This document shows positions 58,164-64,000 of a stretch of DNA of 64,000 nucleotides, one piece after another. Source of the DNA: Candidatus Omnitrophota bacterium (GTDB taxonomy: Bacteria > Omnitrophota > Gorgyraeia > 2-01-FULL-45-10); the NCBI GenBank assembly GCA_003142795.1, contig PLNN01000017.1, positions 512 through 64,511 on the forward strand. Direction: 5' to 3'. The notes beneath the pieces are model-generated. The model saw only the letters and a list, made by a program, of their open reading frames with translations. It was not told where the DNA came from and searched no databases. Positions within the stretch are counted from its first letter, which is position 1. Every line of letters starts with the position of its first letter. Both the position numbers and the translations under genes were made by a program.

Positions 58164-58192
58164 ATTATATCATATTGTTATAGTAGATGCAA
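58164..58192 (-). promoter_or_regulatory. Putative promoter immediately upstream of the MalK-type ATPase
   Basis: Minus strand TTGCAT-N17-TATAAT with TGn extension; only 9 nt to the ATG. Confidence 0.55.
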
Positions 58193-59035
58193 TTAGAAAT
58201 AAGCTATAAGCTTGGAAAGTGTCTCTTTCATGTTCTTGCGGTGCACTATCATATCTATAAGGCCGTGGTTCAGCAGGAATTCGGCCCTCTGGAAACCGTG
58301 GGGAAGCTTCTGCCTTATTGTCTGCTCTATTACGCGCGGGCCGGTAAATCCGATCAGCGCCTTCGGTTCTGCTATTATAAGGTCTCCCAGCGAAGCGAAA
58401 CTCGCCATGATCCCGGCCATTGTCGGGTTCGTCAGTACCGATATGAACAGGCCGCCGGCCCTGTTATGCCTGCTCAGAGCCGCCGATGTCTTGGCCATCT
58501 GCATGAGCGAATACATTCCCTCGTACATCCTCGCGCCGCCGCCTGAACCTGACACTATTATTAGAGGCAATTTCTCTTTGGTGGAGCGCTCGATGGCCCT
58601 CGTCAATCTCTCTCCCACCACCGAGCCCATGGAGCCCATTATGAACCTGGCGTCCGTAACGCCTAATATGACGGGGCTGGAATTTAAAACGCCTTTGCCC
58701 GTTATGACCGCGTCTTTAAGCTTTGTGAGCTCCTGGTCTTTCTTCAGCTTCTCTTTATATGTCTTTGGCCCTTCAAAGTTAAGCGGATCGAGCGATTCCA
58801 TCCCCGCGTCCATCTCTTCGAAAGTGCCTTCGTCTATCAGGAGCTTCACGCGCTCATGCGCGCCGATATTGAAATGATAATTGCATTTATGGCATACGCG
58901 CATGTTCTCGTCGAGCTTTTTGTTATATATGAGCTCGTTACAATCTTCGCACCTCGTCCAGAGGTCCTCAGGGATGTCCCTTTTCTTGGCGACCTTGACT
59001 ATCGTGTATTTCGGTTTTCTCGGGAAAAGCGGCAT
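58193..59035 (-). CDS. accD: Acetyl-CoA carboxylase carboxyltransferase beta subunit
   Basis: W.RCEDC...CHKC zinc finger, GSMGSVVGE, GGARM, MQMAKT, ASFA, GF.GPRVIEQT. Confidence 0.95.
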   Translation of the reverse strand: MPLFPRKPKYTIVKVAKKRDIPEDLWTRCEDCNELIYNKKLDENMRVCHKCNYHFNIGAHERVKLLIDEGTFEEMDAGMESLDPLNFEGPKTYKEKLKKDQELTKLKDAVITGKGVLNSSPVILGVTDARFIMGSMGSVVGERLTRAIERSTKEKLPLIIVSGSGGGARMYEGMYSLMQMAKTSAALSRHNRAGGLFISVLTNPTMAGIMASFASLGDLIIAEPKALIGFTGPRVIEQTIRQKLPHGFQRAEFLLNHGLIDMIVHRKNMKETLSKLIAYF

Positions 59036-59036
59036 G

Positions 59037-59678
59037 TTACCTCTTCAGCATTTCCTTCGCCTTGTCGACTGCGGTAGCGGCGTCTTTGGCATAAGCGTCC
59101 GCGCCGATCGAATTTGCAAAATCCTGGGTCACGGGAGCGCCGCCGACCATTATCTTCACTTTATCGCGGATGCCGGACCTCTCCAGCGCCTTTATCGTCT
59201 CTTTCATGGAGTTCATCGATGTTGTAAGGAGGGATGACATGGCAATAACGTCGATGCCGCCTTTTTTGGCGGCGTCCACGAATTTCTCGACAGGCACGTC
59301 TATCCCGAGGTCCGCGACTTCAAAGCACGCGCCTTTGAACATCATGCTCACTATATTCTTGCCTATATCGTGGAGATCGCCTTTTACCGTCCCTATAACG
59401 ACTTTCCCGGCCGGTTTTATCCCGCAGCTGATGAATTGGGGCTCTAAGATCGCCATGCCCGCGTGCATTGCCTTGGCAGATATCAGGACTTCCGGGATGA
59501 ATATCTCGTTACACTTGAATTTATTGCCTATTATCTCCATGCCGGCGATGAGGCCTTTATCGAGGATATCTTTTACCGCCATCCCCTGTTCAAGCGCGCA
59601 TTTGGTAAATGCCACGACGCCCGCCCTGTCGCCCTTCATCAGGGCATCTTTAATGTCTTTCAGTACAGTCTCACCCAT
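59037..59678 (-). CDS. Stand-alone corrinoid (cobalamin-binding) protein, MtaC/MttC-like
   Basis: Helical cap domain, GTVKGDLHDIGKN (DxHxxG), S.LLTT, GGAP; start at ATG 59678. Confidence 0.9.
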   Translation of the reverse strand: MGETVLKDIKDALMKGDRAGVVAFTKCALEQGMAVKDILDKGLIAGMEIIGNKFKCNEIFIPEVLISAKAMHAGMAILEPQFISCGIKPAGKVVIGTVKGDLHDIGKNIVSMMFKGACFEVADLGIDVPVEKFVDAAKKGGIDVIAMSSLLTTSMNSMKETIKALERSGIRDKVKIMVGGAPVTQDFANSIGADAYAKDAATAVDKAKEMLKR

Positions 59679-59719
59679 CTTTAGCCTCTTTCCGTAAAAT
59701 TTTTCATTACTCGCATGTT

Positions 59720-59855
59720 GGCAGATACCGGCAGGGTGCCCTTGAGGCGTTAAATTTTGTGAGCGAGCGTCGCAATTGAATGATACAAATCTTGTACATA
59801 CCAATTGCAGCGAGCCACAAAATTAGCCGAAAGGGCCCCTGCCGGTCAATCTGCC
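59720..59855. repeat. 136-bp imperfect inverted repeat (rod-like hairpin) of unknown class
   Basis: Nested complementary blocks GGCAGAT/ATCTGCC, ACCGGCAGGG/CCCTGCCGGT, CCCTT/AAGGG, TTTTGTG/CACAAAA, GCAATTG/CAATTGC, TACAA/TTGTA. Confidence 0.75.
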
Positions 59856-59874
59856 CTATCGGGTTAGGAAAATC

Positions 59875-61761
59875 TTACATCCACTTATCATACCACATCT
59901 CAAACATGAATAGCGACCAGATTTCTTTCCGGGTATCGTTCTCATTCGCCGCGAATTCGTCTTTCAGCTTATTTACATAATTATAATCGAATATGCCTTC
60001 TCTTTCAATCTTCTTCCTGTCAAAAGCCTCATCCAGCATGGGCCTCAGGTCCTCTTTGAGCCATTTCGCTACCGGGACTGCAAAGCCCTTTTTCGACTTT
60101 TTGAGCGTCTCTTCGGGAAGCTTGCCTTTCAGGGCGTCTTTCAGTATCCATTTTGTGTTAAAATTTTTGAGCTTCTGGGAAACCGGTATGGAACACGCGA
60201 ACCGGGCAAAGTCAGCGTCCAGGAACGGCGCCCTCACCTCGAGAGAATTCGCCATGCTCGCCCGGTCGACCTTGGTTAGAATATCATCGGTCATGTAGGT
60301 CTTCACGTAAATATATATGGCTTTGTCGAGAGGCGCAAGTTTAGCTGTATTATCGAAAGCTCTTTTCGTCGGCGCGTATATCTTGGACTGGCCGAGATCG
60401 AGTCCTAAACCCGGCAAAAACAGATTTTTTTGTTCCCGGGGCGTAAACGAACCTATCCACGCCTGGTGGCGGACATCCCCGGAAAAGTCCAGGCCCCTTA
60501 AAAATCTCTTTGCCTTGAAATTGGCGCTCATGTAATCGGTCGACGCCGCTGTGATCCTTGCCAGGACCTGTAACGGTATCTTTTTAAGCGCGCCGGGTAT
60601 CATAGACAGGTATTCATCGATCTTATGCGCGAGGAATGAAGGGTATCCCAGAAAGAGCTCGTCGCCCCCGTCGCCGCCTAACGCCACAGTTACGTGCTGT
60701 CTGGTAAATTTCGAGACCAGATACGTCGGGATTATAGAAGAGTCGGCGAACGGTTCGTCCAATAGATCTAATATTTTCGGGAAGATGCCGAGCATGGCGC
60801 CCGGGTCCAAGATCTCCTCGCGATGGTCCGTGCCGAAATATTCTGCTACGCGCCTTGCATCGCTCGATTCATCGAATGACTTTTCCTTGAATCCTATGGA
60901 GAATGTCTTTATCGACTTCGGGTCCATCAATTCGGCCATCATGGCAACAACGGCCGACGAATCGATCCCGCCGGATAAAAATACGCCGAGAGGCACATCG
61001 CTTATGAGGCGTTTCCTGACGGACTCTTTCAATAGCTCGAGGAGCCGCTTTTCAGCCTCTTTTAGATCGAATTTAGCGCCTCGCTCAAATTCCAGGTCCC
61101 AATACTCTTTTATCTCCGTCTTGCCGTTCTTAAGGACGAGATATGAGGCCGGCTCGAGTTTATATATATTTTTGAATATCGAATATGGCGTCGGCACGTA
61201 TTCATAGGCCAGGTATTTGGAAACGGCATCGGTATTGATCTCTTTTCTTGCGGACGGGTGTTTCAGGAGGGCTTTTAATTCCGAGCCAAATATGAACTGG
61301 TTGTCGAATGTGCCGTAATAGAGCGGTTTCTTGCCGAACCTATCGCGCGCAACGAAAAGAAGGTCTTTGCGGGAGTCCCATATGGCGAACGCGAACATCC
61401 CGTTAAAAAGTTTGAGGCAATCGACGCCGTACTCTTCATACGCCTGGATCACCACTTCCGTATCGGAATGCGTTTTAAAACTGCGGCCTTTCTTTATCAG
61501 CTCGTCCTTGATCTCCGGGAAATTATAGACCTCGCCGTTATATACGATGGCGATAGAGCCGTCAACGTTCGTCATCGGCTGATGGCCGGAGGCAAGGTCT
61601 ATGATCGAGAGCCTTCTGTGGCCAAGGGCAACATTATTTTTCAGGAAGACGCCGGCATCGTCCGGCCCTCTCAGCTTAAGCGTATCCATCATCGACTTCA
61701 GGATAGCTTCGGACGGGCGTTTGGACTTATCCAGATGTATGTAGCCGCAGATCCCGCACAT
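59875..61761 (-). CDS. asnB: Asparagine synthase (glutamine-hydrolysing) family amidotransferase
   Basis: MCGI N-terminal Cys, RGPD, HRRLSIID, NGEVYN, RDRFGKKP, LSGGIDS, GDGGDE, LEVRAPFLD. Confidence 0.93.
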   Translation of the reverse strand: MCGICGYIHLDKSKRPSEAILKSMMDTLKLRGPDDAGVFLKNNVALGHRRLSIIDLASGHQPMTNVDGSIAIVYNGEVYNFPEIKDELIKKGRSFKTHSDTEVVIQAYEEYGVDCLKLFNGMFAFAIWDSRKDLLFVARDRFGKKPLYYGTFDNQFIFGSELKALLKHPSARKEINTDAVSKYLAYEYVPTPYSIFKNIYKLEPASYLVLKNGKTEIKEYWDLEFERGAKFDLKEAEKRLLELLKESVRKRLISDVPLGVFLSGGIDSSAVVAMMAELMDPKSIKTFSIGFKEKSFDESSDARRVAEYFGTDHREEILDPGAMLGIFPKILDLLDEPFADSSIIPTYLVSKFTRQHVTVALGGDGGDELFLGYPSFLAHKIDEYLSMIPGALKKIPLQVLARITAASTDYMSANFKAKRFLRGLDFSGDVRHQAWIGSFTPREQKNLFLPGLGLDLGQSKIYAPTKRAFDNTAKLAPLDKAIYIYVKTYMTDDILTKVDRASMANSLEVRAPFLDADFARFACSIPVSQKLKNFNTKWILKDALKGKLPEETLKKSKKGFAVPVAKWLKEDLRPMLDEAFDRKKIEREGIFDYNYVNKLKDEFAANENDTRKEIWSLFMFEMWYDKWM

Positions 61762-61778
61762 AAGTCAGTCTAACCCTC

Positions 61779-63056
61779 CTAAAGCTTATTGATCACCAGC
61801 CCTGACAATGGTTTCGGATAGAAATAAGTGGCTTTTCGCGGCATCCTCTCGCCGAGCGACGCTATTCTTTTCACGTCGCCGGGCTTGGTGGGGTTCAGGA
61901 AGAACGCCGCGCCGTATTTGCCTTCTTTCATCAATTTAACAACATCTTTCGGGTCTTTGACGAATTCTATGTTGTCGTCGCCATCGCAGATGCCCAATAT
62001 ATGCTGAAATATGAATAAGTGCAGTATTGAAACGTCCAGCCGCTTCCATGCTTTTGGTTTATCTTTTATGGCCTTGTCAGATATTGCGGGGTCTTTTAAT
62101 TTCAGAAGATAAAACTCTTTTTTGCCAAGATACATTCCGAAACAATGGAGTCCTCCTTTATCCAATTTCGACATAAGGGCTTTAAGGTTCGGCGCTTTTT
62201 TTATGCTGAAATATTTTTCGAGCCGTTTCTTTATGTCGCCGGGTTTGAGCTCTCCTAAGTCCCTGACAAGCCTGTGCGCGGGCAGAACGGAGAGCATCTT
62301 TTCGTCGGATTCCACGAAATATACCATTAAATATTTTGAGCTTTCTTTGAGATGCTGAGGGACGTCCTTATTCTCTATCTCCGTGGCGTACATGCGCGCC
62401 ACCTCATACCGGTGATGGCCGTCTGCAATGAAGATGTTCTTATCGGCCATGAATTTTTCTATTTCCTCGATCAACGCTTCATCATCGAGCTTCCATATCC
62501 TGTTCCTTACGTTCTGGAACATGACATCGGAGGCAGGAGCGACCTTCGAACAGAACTTCTTCATCATGCTGACGATCTTATGATCCCTGTCGTCATAGAG
62601 AACGAATATCGGACTAAGATTAGCCCGGACCTCGCGCATGAGGTTAAGCCTGTCGGTCTTAGGCGCGGCCAGCGTATTTTCATGGGGCAATACTTTATTG
62701 CCGGCCATATCGATCTCCATAAGGCCTACAAAGCCCATCTGCTCTTTCGACTTACCATTATATGTGTAGATCTGGGAATAAACGTAAAAAGACTTGCCGT
62801 TGTCCTGGACGAGGATGTTATCTTTAAGCCAGCTATCAAAAAACTCTCCTGCGCGCGTGTAACGATTATACTTGGCAGTATCCACATCTTCGATCTTATT
62901 CAGTATCAGGCGCACAATATTATTGGGATGCGTCCTGTAAAGCTCATCCTGTAGGCTGTCGGATATTATATCGTAAGGAGGCGCTACAACAGCCCTCAGG
63001 TCATCCACGACTGCGGCATTATATCTCAAGCCTTTAAACGGAATTATCTTAGGCAT
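61779..63056 (-). CDS. DUF1015 family protein
   Basis: APPYD, LPHE.T, IADGHHRY, MP.K.TYFYPK. Confidence 0.88.
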   Translation of the reverse strand: MPKIIPFKGLRYNAAVVDDLRAVVAPPYDIISDSLQDELYRTHPNNIVRLILNKIEDVDTAKYNRYTRAGEFFDSWLKDNILVQDNGKSFYVYSQIYTYNGKSKEQMGFVGLMEIDMAGNKVLPHENTLAAPKTDRLNLMREVRANLSPIFVLYDDRDHKIVSMMKKFCSKVAPASDVMFQNVRNRIWKLDDEALIEEIEKFMADKNIFIADGHHRYEVARMYATEIENKDVPQHLKESSKYLMVYFVESDEKMLSVLPAHRLVRDLGELKPGDIKKRLEKYFSIKKAPNLKALMSKLDKGGLHCFGMYLGKKEFYLLKLKDPAISDKAIKDKPKAWKRLDVSILHLFIFQHILGICDGDDNIEFVKDPKDVVKLMKEGKYGAAFFLNPTKPGDVKRIASLGERMPRKATYFYPKPLSGLVINKL

Positions 63057-63058
63057 CT

Positions 63059-63328
63059 TTAATCTTTACCTTTATTCATGGAGCAGCCTTTGCAGCCGTC
63101 CGATTTCCCGCCCGAGCAGCCCTTGTCGCTATCGCTCTTCGATCCTCTTTTTTTCTTATAATCGTTCTCGTAGAATCCGCTTCCTTTGAATATTATTCCG
63201 CCGCCTGATCCTATCAGGCGATGGATTTTTCCGCCGCATTTGGGACATTTCTTTATAGGCTCATCGCTCATCTTCTGGAACTTCTCAAAAGTCCCGCATT
63301 TAGCGCATTCGTAATCGTAAGTCGGCAT
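63059..63328 (-). CDS. FmdB-family zinc-ribbon protein
   Basis: MPTYDYECAKCG, CPKCGG, FKGSGFY..DY. Confidence 0.9.
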   Translation of the reverse strand: MPTYDYECAKCGTFEKFQKMSDEPIKKCPKCGGKIHRLIGSGGGIIFKGSGFYENDYKKKRGSKSDSDKGCSGGKSDGCKGCSMNKGKD

Positions 63329-63342
63329 TTTCTCTCCCTTTA

Positions 63343-64000
63343 TTACCTGAATATTCTCCGCATCTTTTCTAAGAACGACCTGGCCAATGGCCCGCCGCCC
63401 TCTCCTGACACTCTCGCAAGTTCTTTGAGCGCCTTTTTCTGGTCTTGCGTCACTTCAGTCGGCACGTCGATCAGGACCTTGACGAGCTGGTCGCCTCTTC
63501 CGCGGTCGTGAAGATGGGCAACGCCCCTTCCTCTCAACCTGAATACCCTGTCGCCCTGTGTCCCGGGCGGTATCTTCATCATTATCTTGCCTTCGATCGT
63601 CGGCACTTCGACTTCCCCGCCGAGAACGGCTGTAACATAGCTTATCGGTACCTCGCATACTATATCGGAATCGTGCCGCTCGAACATCTCATGCTGCCGG
63701 ACATATATAAGAAGATAAAGGTCGCCGCGAGGCCCGCCTTTTTCTCCGGCCTCGCCTTCCCCGTGCATTCTAAGGCGCGAACCCGAATCTACGCCGGCCG
63801 GTATCTTGACCTTTATATTTCTCTGGGCTTTGATCCTTCCCGCTCCGCCGCATTCAGGGCATGGCGTCTTTATTATAGAACCCGTTCCACCGCACCTGGG
63901 ACAGGTCCTGACAATATTAAAAAATCCGCCCGATGAACTTACCCGCCCCTGTCCGCCGCAATCCGGACAGGTCTGAGGTTTCGTTCCGGGCTTTGCGCCG
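63343..64000 (-). CDS. dnaJ: Chaperone DnaJ, 3' part (truncated by window edge)
   Basis: My translation upstream of the listed ORF gives CPDCGGQG, CPRCGGTG and CPECGGAG zinc-finger repeats, then GDL, A.LGG...VPT, RL.G.G. Confidence 0.93.
   Translation of the reverse strand, partial: GAKPGTKPQTCPDCGGQGRVSSSGGFFNIVRTCPRCGGTGSIIKTPCPECGGAGRIKAQRNIKVKIPAGVDSGSRLRMHGEGEAGEKGGPRGDLYLLIYVRQHEMFERHDSDIVCEVPISYVTAVLGGEVEVPTIEGKIMMKIPPGTQGDRVFRLRGRGVAHLHDRGRGDQLVKVLIDVPTEVTQDQKKALKELARVSGEGGGPLARSFLEKMRRIFR

Noticed and set aside
59679-59804. N-terminal extension of the corrinoid ORF, and similar extensions on pseG, rfbD, rfbB, rfbG and GT4 ORFs
   Set aside because: These overlap upstream genes or the hairpin, while downstream starts have RBS or stop-start coupling and begin at the conserved domain.
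59680-59874. Cobalamin riboswitch or integron attC upstream of the corrinoid gene
   Set aside because: No B12-box or GGGAA/GCCACTG elements seen; no matching RYYYAAC...GTTRRRY pair on one strand, and no integrase or cassette array.
314-63936. Numerous 60-220 aa ORFs opposite to or nested in annotated genes
   Set aside because: They fully overlap motif-supported CDSs and lack recognisable motifs.
1-64000. CRISPR arrays, tRNA/rRNA genes, IS elements, prophage, ops/JUMPStart element
   Set aside because: Intergenic gaps are short and show no repeat-spacer periodicity or cloverleaf. I recognised no transposase, integrase or phage protein and saw no GGCGGTAG in operon leaders. This was by eye, so a scan could still find weak cases.

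Overview
Gene-dense window from a diderm bacterium. It carries lptD and Fe-S/B12 enzymes suggesting an anaerobe; Omnitrophota/PVC-like is my impression only and is unverified. About 52 kb (1-51848, continuing past the left edge) is one very large surface-glycan locus. Left to right it holds: (i) a radical-SAM-rich block with a third CMP-ulosonate synthetase, a PglK/MsbA-like ABC flippase and a B12 radical SAM enzyme; (ii) a pseudaminic-acid-like pathway (pseB, pseC, pseG, pseI-like, pseF) with no pseH; (iii) a second ulosonate module (short NeuB, BtrN-like radical SAM, CMP-transferase, class-III aminotransferase, VOC protein, two methyltransferases, two orphan GT-B-like proteins) behind a GbsR/MarR-type regulator with a clear promoter and operator; (iv) a Wzx/Wzy-type block with a 3-amino-sugar pathway; (v) an oppositely oriented cassette for a CDP-3,6-dideoxy, probably branched (yersiniose-like) sugar coupled to a GT2 + GT-C pair; (vi) core nucleotide-sugar genes (ugd, rml, UDP-HexNAcA, UDP-xylose, wecE). 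The right 12 kb is housekeeping-like: lptD, two GGDEF proteins, a MalK-type ATPase, accD, a corrinoid protein, asnB, DUF1015, an FmdB zinc ribbon and partial dnaJ. Non-coding structure includes a CGTTTA-N8-TAAACGAT operator present twice, a perfect 25-bp inverted repeat, a 136-bp imperfect hairpin and in-gene 7-bp tandem repeats. I saw no rRNA, tRNA, CRISPR array, transposase or integrase. The best candidate for an undescribed system is radical-SAM/omega-aminotransferase tailoring of CMP-activated ulosonic acids. All functional calls come from reading motifs by eye, not from database searches.
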